DNA of 64,000 bases from assembly GCA_038245905.1 (NCBI GenBank), contig JBBRRY010000019.1, forward strand, positions 9,072-73,071, read 5' to 3'. Shown one piece after another: positions 46,454 to 56,229 of the stretch (the first letter of the stretch is position 1; each line of letters opens with the position of its first letter). This DNA comes from Thermoanaerobaculia bacterium. GTDB taxonomy: Bacteria; Acidobacteriota; Thermoanaerobaculia; UBA5066. A program made the translations under genes and the position numbers. Under the pieces are notes generated by a model. That model was not told where the DNA came from. It saw nothing but the letters and a program-made list of their open reading frames with translations, and ran no database searches.

Positions 46454-47674
46454 CTAGAGCGACGCCACGCCCTCCGGGTTGTTCCGGACCAGGACCGTCA
46501 GCCCCACGAGGACCAGCAGCGACCCGTTCCCCACGAGAACCCACGGCGCCGGCATGAGCGTGGCGAGAAAGCCCGCGGTGAGGTTGCCGAGCGGCATGGC
46601 GCCCCGGAAGGCGAGCGAATAGACGCTCACGACCCGGCCCCGGAGCGCGTCGTCCACGTTTTGCTGGACGAGCGTCATGAACATCGCGAAGACGATGACG
46701 ATCGCCGCGCCCGCGCCGAAGAGGAGCGCGTACGAGACCCACGGGACTCTCGAGAGGGCGAACCCCACGGCAAGCGCCCCGAAGGTCATCTGCATCGTGA
46801 CGGCCAGTGCCCCGCGGCGCTTCACGTGGCCGAAGCCGGCCGTCCCGATCGCTCCGCACACGGCGCCGATCCCGAACGCCGCGAGAAGAGCGCTGTAGCC
46901 CTTCGCATCCTGCCCGAAGACGTCCTTTGCGAACACCGGGAGGAACGTGACGAGCGGGAACGCGCAGAAGCTTCCGACGAACGAAAGGCCGATGAGCCCG
47001 CGGAGCCCGCGCGCGTCGCGCACGGCGACGAGGCCGGCCTTGAGATTCTCGAGGACGCTTCCGCTCGCGGCGCCGGTCGGAGCCCCACGTTTCAGGAGGA
47101 GGAGGGCGACGATCACGGCGAAGAACGAAAGGCCGTTCAGACCGAAGCACGCGGCCGCGCCCAGCTTGTAGAACGCGATCCCCGCCAGAACGGGCCCGAT
47201 GACGCGCGCGAGATTGAACTGGATCGAGTTCAGCGCGACGGCGTTCGGAAGGTCCTCCTTGTCGACGAGAGTCGGCACGAGCGCCTGGTACGCGGGGCCG
47301 CCGAAGGACTGCGCGAAGCCCACGACGGCCGCCAGCACGAGGATCATCCAGACCTGGATGTGGTTCGTGAAGATGAGGCCCGCAAGAAGGAACGCCGACG
47401 AGAGCTGCACGACCTGCGAGAGGAGCAGGATCCGCCGGCGGTCCCTGCGGTCGGCAAGGACGCCGCCGAAGAGGGAGAAGAGGAGAAACGGCGTCTCCTG
47501 GAGGAAGGCGGCGAAGCCCAGCCACGACGCCGAGCCCGTCATCGTCAGGACCAGCCAGTTCTGGGCGACCGTCTGCATCCAGGTGCCGACGCTCGACGTG
47601 AACGCGCCGGCCCACAGCAGGCGGAAATCGGGGTACGTGAACGCCTTGAAGACCCGCGTCAACCGCTCGCGCAC
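46454..47674 (-). CDS. MFS transporter (DHA3/MFS_3-like)
   Basis: ~12 TMs; GVLADRRDRRR and NLARVIGP motifs. Confidence 0.92.
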   Translation of the reverse strand: MRERLTRVFKAFTYPDFRLLWAGAFTSSVGTWMQTVAQNWLVLTMTGSASWLGFAAFLQETPFLLFSLFGGVLADRRDRRRILLLSQVVQLSSAFLLAGLIFTNHIQVWMILVLAAVVGFAQSFGGPAYQALVPTLVDKEDLPNAVALNSIQFNLARVIGPVLAGIAFYKLGAAACFGLNGLSFFAVIVALLLLKRGAPTGAASGSVLENLKAGLVAVRDARGLRGLIGLSFVGSFCAFPLVTFLPVFAKDVFGQDAKGYSALLAAFGIGAVCGAIGTAGFGHVKRRGALAVTMQMTFGALAVGFALSRVPWVSYALLFGAGAAIVIVFAMFMTLVQQNVDDALRGRVVSVYSLAFRGAMPLGNLTAGFLATLMPAPWVLVGNGSLLVLVGLTVLVRNNPEGVASL

Positions 47675-47753
47675 GGCGGGCAGTCTCGCACGAACCGTCT
47701 GGCCGGAGGCCGGGTGCTACATTGGTCCCGGATCCGGGCCCTCGGAGGTCTCC

Positions 47754-48056
47754 ATGGACGACGAACGCACGAAACCTCTCCCCCTCGTCAAGCCGGGCGA
47801 ATCATCCGGCGCCTCGCACGAAGAGCGCGTGAGAGCCGCCTTCGACGACCTCGGCGCGAAGCTGGGCGACCGTGCCACGCCCGAGGCGCGCGTCTCCGTC
47901 GAGAACCTCCGCGCGGCGACGCTCGAGAAGGACGCCGCCCGCCTGCGCGCGCAGCTCGACGACGTGAAAGAGAAGCACGGCTGGCTCTGGGAAGAGCTGA
48001 CAGCCCACCCGCGCGTCACGGCCCTCGTGAACGAACTCGCCTTGATGGGCCTCTGA
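47754..48056 (+). CDS. Small helical hypothetical protein (DUF4404-like C-terminus)
   Basis: SD GGAGG before ATG; ends HPRVTALVNELALMGL. Confidence 0.65.
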   Translation: MDDERTKPLPLVKPGESSGASHEERVRAAFDDLGAKLGDRATPEARVSVENLRAATLEKDAARLRAQLDDVKEKHGWLWEELTAHPRVTALVNELALMGL

Positions 48057-48961
48057 AGACTCCCCGGTCCTCCTCGATCCTCCTGCACGGGGAGCGGTAC
48101 GGCTATCAGAGAACGGGCCATGGCCCCCTCGTGGTGCTGCTCCATGGGATCGCGGGCACCTCCGCCACGTGGGACGCGGTCATCCCGCGCCTCGCCGAGA
48201 ACTACGACGTCCTCGCCCCGGACCTCCTCGGACACGGCGAATCCGCGAAGCCGCACGGCGACTATTCCCTCGGGGCATACGCGAACGCGGTGCGCGATCT
48301 CCTCGAGGCGCTCGGAGAGAACCGGGCGACCCTCGTCGGACATTCGCTCGGCGGCGGCGTCGCGATGCAGTTCGCGTATCAATTCCTCGAGCGCTGCGAG
48401 CGCCTCGTTCTCGTCGACAGCGGAGGCCTCGGCCGCGAGGTGCACCCGTTGCTCCGCGCGGCCGCGCTCCCGGGAGCCGGGCTCGTCCTCCCCTGGCTCA
48501 GCACGGCGACCAGCCGCGGCGTCGGCGCCCTCGTCCACGGCATGAGCCGCCTCGGAATCCGCGCGGGCCCCGACCTCGACGAGACCTGGCGCGGCTTCGT
48601 CTCGCTCGAGGAGCCCGCGGCCCGTCGTGCGTTCATCCAGACGGTCCGCGGCGTCATGGACCTCTCGGGCCAGCGCGTGAGCGCGAACGAGCGTCTCTAT
48701 CTCGTCGAAGGCCTCCCAACGATGGTCATCTGGGGCGGGGACGACCCGCTCATCCCGGTGCGGCACGCCCGCGCGGCGCACGCGCGCATCGCGGGGAGCC
48801 GGCTCGAGATCTTCCCGGAGGCCGGCCACTTCCCCCATCGCGACGACCCCGAGCACTTTGCGAGCGTGCTCATAGACTTCATGCGGACGACGAAGCCGCT
48901 GCACGCGGGCGCGAAGCGCCTCGGCGACCGCCTGCGGGCCGGCCCGGCCGTGCCCGCGTAG
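48053..48961 (+). CDS. Alpha/beta-fold hydrolase
   Basis: LLHGI, DLLGHGES, GHSLGG nucleophile elbow, GHFPH; start uncertain (CTG overlapping the upstream TGA). Confidence 0.88.
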   Translation: MKTPRSSSILLHGERYGYQRTGHGPLVVLLHGIAGTSATWDAVIPRLAENYDVLAPDLLGHGESAKPHGDYSLGAYANAVRDLLEALGENRATLVGHSLGGGVAMQFAYQFLERCERLVLVDSGGLGREVHPLLRAAALPGAGLVLPWLSTATSRGVGALVHGMSRLGIRAGPDLDETWRGFVSLEEPAARRAFIQTVRGVMDLSGQRVSANERLYLVEGLPTMVIWGGDDPLIPVRHARAAHARIAGSRLEIFPEAGHFPHRDDPEHFASVLIDFMRTTKPLHAGAKRLGDRLRAGPAVPA

Positions 48962-48966
48962 CCGTT

Positions 48967-49728
48967 CTATACCTTCTTCGGCTCCCGCTTCTTGAACACC
49001 CACGCCATGGCGACCCCCAGAAGGTACAGCGCGCACATCGGCAGCGCGAAGGCGCACTGAGTCGGGATATCCGGCGTGGGCGTAATGAGCGCCGCAATGA
49101 TGAAGATGATGAGGACGGCGTAGCGGAACTTCGCGAGGAGCCACTTCTCCGTCACGACGCCCATGCGCGCGAGAAAGAAGATGATGATCGGCGTCTCGAA
49201 CACGAGCCCCATACCGAGCAGCAGTTTCGACGTGATGTCGAGGTAATCGTCGATCTTGAGGACGGGCATGAAGTCCTCGCCCGTCGCGACGAGGAACTTC
49301 GCGACCATTGGGAAGCCGACCGCGTAGCCGAAGTAACCGCCGCCCACGAAGAAGAGCACCGACAGGACGACGAACGGCCATACCCACTTCCGCTCGTTGC
49401 GATAGAGACCGGGCGCGATGAAGAGCCAGACCTGGTAGAGGATGACCGGACTCGCCACGAACACGCCCGCGAGGAGGGCGATGTTGATGTAGAGCATGAA
49501 GGGCTCGGTGAGCTGCGTGTACGCGAGCTTCGTACCCGCAGGCAGCGCCGAGAGAACGGGCTTTTCGAGCCACTGGAAGATCTCCTTGGACTTCCACCAG
49601 CACATGAGAAACCCGGCCGCGATCGCGAGCGCCGAGATGAAGAGCCGCTTGCGGAGATCCTCGAGGTGCTCGAGGAACGACATCCGCGGAAGCTCGTCTT
49701 CCGGGCTCTTCTGTTCGTCGTCCGTCAC
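48967..49728 (-). CDS. tatC: Twin-arginine translocase subunit TatC
   Basis: MSFLEHLEDLRKRL, YQVWLFIAPGLY, FETP and ITPTPD motifs. Confidence 0.96.
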   Translation of the reverse strand: MTDDEQKSPEDELPRMSFLEHLEDLRKRLFISALAIAAGFLMCWWKSKEIFQWLEKPVLSALPAGTKLAYTQLTEPFMLYINIALLAGVFVASPVILYQVWLFIAPGLYRNERKWVWPFVVLSVLFFVGGGYFGYAVGFPMVAKFLVATGEDFMPVLKIDDYLDITSKLLLGMGLVFETPIIIFFLARMGVVTEKWLLAKFRYAVLIIFIIAALITPTPDIPTQCAFALPMCALYLLGVAMAWVFKKREPKKV

Positions 49729-50042
49729 GAGGGTTTGGTCGCCTCGAGCGACATGTCCTTCTCGCTCTTTTCCTGGGAGACGGCGCCCTCGGCGAGCACG
49801 GGGGCCGGCGTCGCGGGCTTCTCGTCCGCTTTCGGCGGGTCGTTCTTTCCGAGGAGGTCGGCGCTGATATTCGCCTTTTCCATCTCGTCCTCGATCGAGC
49901 GCTTCAGGTCGTTGGACGCCCGTTTGAATTCACCGAGCGCCTTCCCGACCTGCTTCCCGATCTCGGGAAGTTTCTTCGGACCGAAAAGGAGAAGCGCCAG
50001 AAACATGATCATCATGATTTCCGGCATTCCAAGATTGCCCAT
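49725..50042 (-). CDS. tatA: Twin-arginine translocase subunit TatA/TatB
   Basis: LLFGPKKLPEIGKQVGKALGEFK; directly upstream of tatC. Confidence 0.85.
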   Translation of the reverse strand: MGNLGMPEIMMIMFLALLLFGPKKLPEIGKQVGKALGEFKRASNDLKRSIEDEMEKANISADLLGKNDPPKADEKPATPAPVLAEGAVSQEKSEKDMSLEATKPS

Positions 50043-50148
50043 CGAGGCGCCTCCCGAGCGCGCCCGATGCTCCGATGCGCACCCGTCGAAGTCAAGGCGC
50101 GCTTCCCGCGCGTGCTACGCTTGAGGCGTTCTGGGAGGGCCCGCCATC

Positions 50149-51816
50149 GTGACCGATTCCCCTGTTTCGAGCCGCCATTCCGGGCGACGCGTTCTCGCCG
50201 CCGCCATCTTCCTCCTCTCGGTCACCGTGGCCGGCGGGCTCGCGGGCGGGCGCCTCGGCGCGGCCTCGGACGCGACGAATCCCGGCTTCAAGGAATACTC
50301 CGACATCCTCGCCACGGCGCGCGCCTGGTACGCCGACGACGTGCCCGCGAACAAGCTCGTCTACGCGTCGATCCACGGCATGCTCGGCACACTCGACCCG
50401 CACACGAACTTCCTCGAGCCCGAGGAGTACTCCTCGATGGTCGAGAAGCAGCGCGGCTCGTTCTACGGGCTCGGCATCATCATCAGCAAGCGCAACGGCA
50501 AGGTCACGGTCATCACGCCCGTCGAGGGCTCGCCCGCCTCCCGCCTCGGCATCCGCGCGGGCGACATCATCGACCGCGTCGAGGGGCAGAGCATCGACGA
50601 CCTCCCCGTCGACGCCGTCGTGAAGAAGCTCAAGGGCCCGAAGGGCACGAAGGTCAACATCACGATCCTGCGGCCCGGCCTCGACGAGCCGCTTCAGATG
50701 ACGGTCACGCGCGCGGAGATCCCGACCAATTCGGTGTCGCACGCGTACATGCTCGAGCCCGGCGTCGGCTACATTCGCTTGAAGGACTTCACGCACACGT
50801 CGGCCCCCGAGCTCCATGAAAACTGGGACAGGCTCGAGAAGCTGGGCATGAAGAAGCTCGTGTTCGACCTGCGCGGGAACCCGGGCGGACTCCTGGACCA
50901 GGCCATCGCGGTCTCGGACTTCTTCCTCGGAAAGAACGAGAAAGTCGTCGTGACGCGCGGCCGTAACGGCGCGCAGGAGCAGAGCTTCGGGTCGCCGGGC
51001 AAGAACACCCACGCCCGCATCCCCGTCGTCGTCCTCGTGAACAAGGGCTCCGCGTCCGCGGCGGAGATCGTCGCAGGCGCCCTGCAGGACCACGACCGGG
51101 GCGTCATCGTCGGACAGACCACGTGGGGCAAGGGCCTCGTGCAGTCCGTCTACAACCTATCGGACGGCGCGGGTCTCGCGCTCACGTCGGCGAAGTACTA
51201 CACGCCCTCCGGCCGCTGCATCCAGCGGGATTACAAGGACGTTCTCGAGTATCTTTCGCCCGAGGACGAGGAGGGTGGCGACAGCGAGGAAACGGGACCC
51301 GCGCGCGACGCGGCCTCCTCGCAGAAAAAGGAAGCTTTCCGCACGGACGCCGGCCGCACCGTGTTCGGCGGCGGCGGCATCACGCCGGACGTCTTCGTGA
51401 AGTCGCCCAACCTCTCACGCTTCGCCGCGACCATGTATGCGCGCGGGCTCTTCTTCGAGTTCGCGGTCGACTACCGCGCGAAGCATCCCAACGTCCCTCG
51501 CGACTTTCAGGTCACGCCCGAGGTGCGCGAGGAGTTCTACACATTCGTCGACGCGAAGCCCAACGTCGGACTCGACACGAAGACCAGGACGTCCTACGAG
51601 GCCGAACCCGATCCCTCGATCCTCGACCGGGCGATCCGCGAGGAGCTCATGACGGCGGCCTACGGCCGCGAAGCCGGCTACCGCGTGAACCAGGAAGGCG
51701 ACGTCCAGCTCAAGAAGGCGCTCACGCTTTTTCCCGAGGCCGAGAAGCTCGCGATGGCCCATGAGCAGATGCAGCTCGCGAAGAAGTCCGACCTCAAGGG
51801 GCCGCTCAGACCGTAA
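50149..51816 (+). CDS. ctpA: Carboxyl-terminal processing protease (S41A, PDZ)
   Basis: LDPH, GLGI PDZ, DLRGNPGG, SASAAEIVAGALQD and TWGKGLVQ motifs. Confidence 0.93.
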   Translation: MTDSPVSSRHSGRRVLAAAIFLLSVTVAGGLAGGRLGAASDATNPGFKEYSDILATARAWYADDVPANKLVYASIHGMLGTLDPHTNFLEPEEYSSMVEKQRGSFYGLGIIISKRNGKVTVITPVEGSPASRLGIRAGDIIDRVEGQSIDDLPVDAVVKKLKGPKGTKVNITILRPGLDEPLQMTVTRAEIPTNSVSHAYMLEPGVGYIRLKDFTHTSAPELHENWDRLEKLGMKKLVFDLRGNPGGLLDQAIAVSDFFLGKNEKVVVTRGRNGAQEQSFGSPGKNTHARIPVVVLVNKGSASAAEIVAGALQDHDRGVIVGQTTWGKGLVQSVYNLSDGAGLALTSAKYYTPSGRCIQRDYKDVLEYLSPEDEEGGDSEETGPARDAASSQKKEAFRTDAGRTVFGGGGITPDVFVKSPNLSRFAATMYARGLFFEFAVDYRAKHPNVPRDFQVTPEVREEFYTFVDAKPNVGLDTKTRTSYEAEPDPSILDRAIREELMTAAYGREAGYRVNQEGDVQLKKALTLFPEAEKLAMAHEQMQLAKKSDLKGPLRP

Positions 51817-51955
51817 GCGGGCTCACGTTCTGAAAGTGTTGGCGCTTCGGGACCGTCTTTTTTCGTCTCCGGACCACGCCTGGACGTTGCGGATCAAGCC
51901 CCAAGAGGCCATGTTGGTTCGCGGCGGGAGACCGATCCCGACCGCGAGGACCAAA

Positions 51956-53155
51956 ATGAACGACGCGACCCGACCCCCCTTGAAATTCGAAGCAGCCTTC
52001 ACGATCGGAATACTCATCGCGGGATGTGCCGCATTGGCAGTTTCCGCGACCGCCGCACCGACTCAGATGAAGGCCCCGGCGGTTTCGGCAGCAACACCCA
52101 CACGCCCACCGGGCAGCCGTGCCCTGGTACAGCCATTGGGCCAGCTTCCCGTCTCCGGTCTCCCGTCGCCCGGCGCCCTCCATTACACGACCGACATGGG
52201 CGAGTGCAAGCGGGCGGGCGGCAACGACGGCACCTGCGGCGCGCTCCTGAATCAGAACTCGGTGGCCTTCTATTTCACCTGGAATTGCAGCGGACCGAAC
52301 TGCGTCATCGCCGGCTTCAAGCTGAAGGACGCGAGCAAGGCGGCGCCCACAGGTCCGACGAACGTCATGCACGTCATGACGGATCCGATGTCCGACGCGA
52401 TCGACGTCGGGACGAGCCCGCTCTTCATCGAGCGGCCTCCCCAGGGCGGCTGGGCCAACCGCTGCTACGTCGTCACCGCCTACAGACAGGCGATTGCCAA
52501 GCTCGTGCCGGACGGCCAGGGCGGGCTAAAGCCCTCCGGAACCAGCACGGGCTCGTACGACGAGTCGCCTGCCAGCCTAAAGGTCTGCGTCGGCCCGTTG
52601 ACGCGGGAGGTGGTGCTCCCGGCCACCAAGGCCAGGAGCTACGGTCGTTCTTACTTCTTCACGAAGAACACCCCGCACCAGACGAAGGATGACCCCGCCT
52701 CTGAGGGCCCGTGGATCCGCGTGGGAAAACGGCCCATGGGGCAATCGGGATTCAGCGTCCTGAACAAGTTCTACCGGGCGGCAGCCTCGTTCGACAGCTC
52801 CCCGCTGGGCGACGTCACGGTCTACGGCGGCCGCTTCGCCTACGATGCTTCGAAAGACTGCCGGGCCCGCTTCTACTCGCCCGCGCCCTCCAACTGGGAG
52901 GCGTCCGCGTGGCCGAAGGCCGCGGGTGCAGCCCTGCCGGGATCGTGGGGCGGCTCCGGGAACACGCACACGCAGGACGTCCGCGCGATCGTCCACGGCT
53001 GGCGGGCGCCAAAGAAGCTCACGTTCTTCCTCATGGAATCCCTCACGGAAGGGCTCGACGCCGAGGGGTTCAACTACTCCATCGGCATGCTGGAGACGTG
53101 CGACGAGAGCGGACAGAACGTGCGGCTCCTGCTCGACGTCGGCGTGACGAAGTAA
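51956..53155 (+). CDS. Cys-containing exported hypothetical protein (399 aa)
   Basis: SD GAGGA before ATG 51956, signal-like segment, Pro-rich linker; no recognisable family. Confidence 0.7.
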   Translation: MNDATRPPLKFEAAFTIGILIAGCAALAVSATAAPTQMKAPAVSAATPTRPPGSRALVQPLGQLPVSGLPSPGALHYTTDMGECKRAGGNDGTCGALLNQNSVAFYFTWNCSGPNCVIAGFKLKDASKAAPTGPTNVMHVMTDPMSDAIDVGTSPLFIERPPQGGWANRCYVVTAYRQAIAKLVPDGQGGLKPSGTSTGSYDESPASLKVCVGPLTREVVLPATKARSYGRSYFFTKNTPHQTKDDPASEGPWIRVGKRPMGQSGFSVLNKFYRAAASFDSSPLGDVTVYGGRFAYDASKDCRARFYSPAPSNWEASAWPKAAGAALPGSWGGSGNTHTQDVRAIVHGWRAPKKLTFFLMESLTEGLDAEGFNYSIGMLETCDESGQNVRLLLDVGVTK

Positions 53156-53158
53156 GGG

Positions 53159-53758
53159 TCAACCCTTCTTCTTTTTCTTCCACGGTCTCGCCTTCGATTG
53201 CGCTGCGGCGGGCGCGTCCGCGTCCGCCGGGCGGATGAGAATCCACCAGAGGAGAAAAGGTGCCGCATAGCAGCCCACGACTCGCCAGAAGTGCGTGGCG
53301 GTCACCCAGAGGTTCCGGCTGAGCGCGCCGTAGTGCGCCGCGCTCCACGCGCCGAGGCGCGTCGCATAGAGGGCTTCGACGTTCGCGACGACCGCGAGAA
53401 CGTGAAGCACGAAGAGCACGAGAAGGCTCACGGCGACGCCCTTGACCGCGCGGTCGCGCAGCAGGCCCCGTGTCGTGGCCGCGAGCGACAGGAACAGGAT
53501 CACGTCGAACGTCAGGTCGTCGACGGGCAGGGACGGCCGGTCCGACGTGGACGGAAAGTCCGCGCGGTCGATCACGAGGCGCCGGTCCTCCGCGTAGAGC
53601 CGCGTCGCGTGCGGCCGCTCGAACACGCGAATCGCCCCCTCCGCCATGCCCGCGAGAAGCCGGTTGTAGGCGGGCGTCGCCGACCACCAGAGCGCGAGGC
53701 CCGCCAGAAAACCGAGAAGGAGCCTAGCCCCGAGCTTCAACCGGGTCTCCGCCGGCAC
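53159..53758 (-). CDS. Exosortase H-associated membrane protein
   Basis: Multi-TM protein with exosortase-like topology but no clear catalytic Cys; overlaps xrtH. Confidence 0.65.
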   Translation of the reverse strand: MPAETRLKLGARLLLGFLAGLALWWSATPAYNRLLAGMAEGAIRVFERPHATRLYAEDRRLVIDRADFPSTSDRPSLPVDDLTFDVILFLSLAATTRGLLRDRAVKGVAVSLLVLFVLHVLAVVANVEALYATRLGAWSAAHYGALSRNLWVTATHFWRVVGCYAAPFLLWWILIRPADADAPAAAQSKARPWKKKKKG

Positions 53759-54242
53759 CGCCCCCCGCCGTCCACCGGCTCCAGGCGAGGAAGATCCCGA
53801 CGGCCAGTAGGATGAGGGCCGTCTGCCAGACTGCCGCGTGGAACAGCTCGAACACGTTTCGGTGGTGCACGCCGAGCCAGAAAAGCGACACGATGCGGAA
53901 CAGATTCACGCCCTGGATCACGGCGAGCCCGCCCGCGATTCCGAGCGCGCGCTGGTTTCCCGTCGCGGGAAACGCGAGCATCGCGGCCACGAGGAGAAGC
54001 GCGGCCTCGATTCCGTTGCAGCCGTTCTTCACGTCCACCGCGAACACGGGCGATTGAATGAGCGTGCCGACGGACTGGGTCTTCTCGCCGATCGCCGCGA
54101 GGATCACGGTCGAGACGCGCACGAGAAGCTCGGTGAAAGGCACGACGACGTGGTCGTTCACGGGCTGGATCGCGACGAGCAGGTAGAAAACGCCCAGCGC
54201 GAACACGAACCGGACGAGAAACTTCTTCTGCGCGGGCTGCAT
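53724..54242 (-). CDS. xrtH: Exosortase H
   Basis: Short exosortase with catalytic triad contexts GCNG, NLFRIVSL and FHAAVWQ. Confidence 0.85.
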   Translation of the reverse strand: MQPAQKKFLVRFVFALGVFYLLVAIQPVNDHVVVPFTELLVRVSTVILAAIGEKTQSVGTLIQSPVFAVDVKNGCNGIEAALLLVAAMLAFPATGNQRALGIAGGLAVIQGVNLFRIVSLFWLGVHHRNVFELFHAAVWQTALILLAVGIFLAWSRWTAGGGAGGDPVEARG

Positions 54243-54348
54243 GAGGGAGGAGGATAAGAGATTTTGCTTCGGAGCGCGCCTCGGGCGCGCCCGGGAGAGG
54301 GAACCGGGGATTTTCTTAGAAGGGGGAATGCACGCTCGCAGAAATGAA

Positions 54349-54372
54349 GAGGCCCGGCAGTCGCCGGGCCTC
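54349..54372 (-). terminator. Intrinsic terminator hairpin
   Basis: GAGGCCCGGC-AGTC-GCCGGGCCTC, followed by TTCATTTCT on the minus strand, downstream of the 54412 gene. Confidence 0.6.
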
Positions 54373-54411
54373 GCTCTTTCTTGCTCTTACCTTCTAAGAA
54401 ATCTCTTCTTC

Positions 54412-56109
54412 TCAGCGGACCAAGGTGTTGTTGTCCACGATGAAGCGCCGCGTCCCGGCGGAGCGTACGTTGCCCCGCGTGTCCGTCACTTCGATGAGAA
54501 GGTCGTGCTCGCTGTTCGAGAGCTGCGTCGTGTCGAGAAAGAAGCGGAAACGCGCCGTGTTCCGCTGCGGGTAGTTCGGGTATTGCGCCGCGATGTCCGG
54601 GCTGGCGTAGCCATAGTCGGCGTAGTCCAGTCCACGCACCGCGTCGATCTGAGCGATGCCGTCGATGAGGATGCGCACCTTCGCCACGAGGTCGAGGTCG
54701 AGAGCCCAGCCGACGACTGGGAACACGCCCCCGATGAACTTGTAGTTCGTCGGATCGTCGATGGAGCCGATTGGCGGCGGATCGAGGTTGCCGGTCGCGC
54801 ACTCCATCTGGATCGGCACTTCCTTCAGGAGCGAGGACGAGTCCTCCTTGTCGAGCGCCTTGATCTGGAGGATGTGCCCGCCCTCCTTGAATCCCCTCTG
54901 CGTGATGAGGTAGCCGACGTCCACGAAGAACTGGAATCCCACGTTCGGCGCCTGCTGGAAGCCGGGGTAGAGAACTTCGATGTCCGGCCGGTAGTAGCCG
55001 TAGCAGTCGATGAGGGCGTTCGAGAGGAGGAACTCGCGGTGACAATTCACGCGCGTGTCCTTCAGGACGACGCCGTCCATCTCGAGGATGACGTGCGCGA
55101 CGCCGCCGCGCTCCTGCGCGACCGACGTGTCCATCGCCCAGCCGCTCACGAACATGAGGTAGCGCGGGTCGATGATGTCGGTGCTACCGGACGGCCCGCC
55201 CGGCGGCACCGGGAAGCAGTTGCCGAACCACGTCGCGTTCAGGAGCGGGAATTCCACGTCACCGAAGGGCGCGAGATTCGGAGAATTGTTGAAGATCTGC
55301 ACCCGGCGCGTGCCGAGCAGGCCCTGCTGGCCCTGGTCGTCCACGGCTTTCACGGTGACGTTATGGACGCCGTTCGCGTAGCGGGTCGAGTCGATGTTCA
55401 GGATGAATCCCGCGACGATCGCCTGCGCGTTGTCAGGATAGTTCGCGGCGACATCCGCGCGATAGATACCCGTCACGGCCTGCCGCTCGATGAGCCCGTC
55501 CACAAAGACGTCCACGTGGTCGACTCTGCGGTCGTCGAGCGCCCAGCCCGCCACCTGAAGGACGCCGTTCGAGCTCACGCCGCTGTCGGGCAGCGGGAAG
55601 TCGATGCCTCCGAAGGGCGGCTGGTTCCGGGCGTTGTCGATCTTGACGGCCCGGGACGTCAGGAAATACGAGCAGCCATTCACGTCGGTCGCGCGCACGT
55701 ACACGGTATGAGAGCCGTTCGAGAAGAGCGACGCCTTGAACGAAGCTTGATACCCTGGGTTCTTGCCGGCCGTCCCGCCGTACTGCGGGAAGAACTGGAG
55801 GACGTCCGGGCGCGGAAGGTTGATGTTTGCGCCGCCTGCCGCCCCGACGCGATTCGCCTCGTCAGTGCCGTCCACGAAGACATCGATGTTGGACACCAGG
55901 TTGCCGTCGAGGGCGAAGCCGATCACCTGTACGTAGCCGGAAACGGTCGCACCGTCGACCGGAACGTCAATGGATCCCAGCATTTGCAACTGACAGGGCA
56001 GTTCCAGCGCCTCCGCGCGCGCCTCCGCGCGCATTGCCCGCGCAGACGGTGCCGCGAGCAGGGCCGCGGCCGCGACGATCACTGGGAGCATGAGGGCCTT
56101 CCGCTTCAT
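54412..56109 (-). CDS. Exported protein with four tandem Ig-like (Big-type) repeats
   Basis: Signal peptide from ATG 56109; four repeats of G.ID.P...GWALD...RPDV...NG.H.V.V.A.D. Confidence 0.8.
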   Translation of the reverse strand: MKRKALMLPVIVAAAALLAAPSARAMRAEARAEALELPCQLQMLGSIDVPVDGATVSGYVQVIGFALDGNLVSNIDVFVDGTDEANRVGAAGGANINLPRPDVLQFFPQYGGTAGKNPGYQASFKASLFSNGSHTVYVRATDVNGCSYFLTSRAVKIDNARNQPPFGGIDFPLPDSGVSSNGVLQVAGWALDDRRVDHVDVFVDGLIERQAVTGIYRADVAANYPDNAQAIVAGFILNIDSTRYANGVHNVTVKAVDDQGQQGLLGTRRVQIFNNSPNLAPFGDVEFPLLNATWFGNCFPVPPGGPSGSTDIIDPRYLMFVSGWAMDTSVAQERGGVAHVILEMDGVVLKDTRVNCHREFLLSNALIDCYGYYRPDIEVLYPGFQQAPNVGFQFFVDVGYLITQRGFKEGGHILQIKALDKEDSSSLLKEVPIQMECATGNLDPPPIGSIDDPTNYKFIGGVFPVVGWALDLDLVAKVRILIDGIAQIDAVRGLDYADYGYASPDIAAQYPNYPQRNTARFRFFLDTTQLSNSEHDLLIEVTDTRGNVRSAGTRRFIVDNNTLVR

Positions 56110-56229
56110 CACGAGCCTCCGTGCATCGAGAGATTCCATGGAAACGCTCGGTCAAGACCGACGAATAGAGAGGTTGACGCAACTGCAGTCTATCCCCCAC
56201 GAAAGACCCTGTCAAATGGGGGGTTACGG

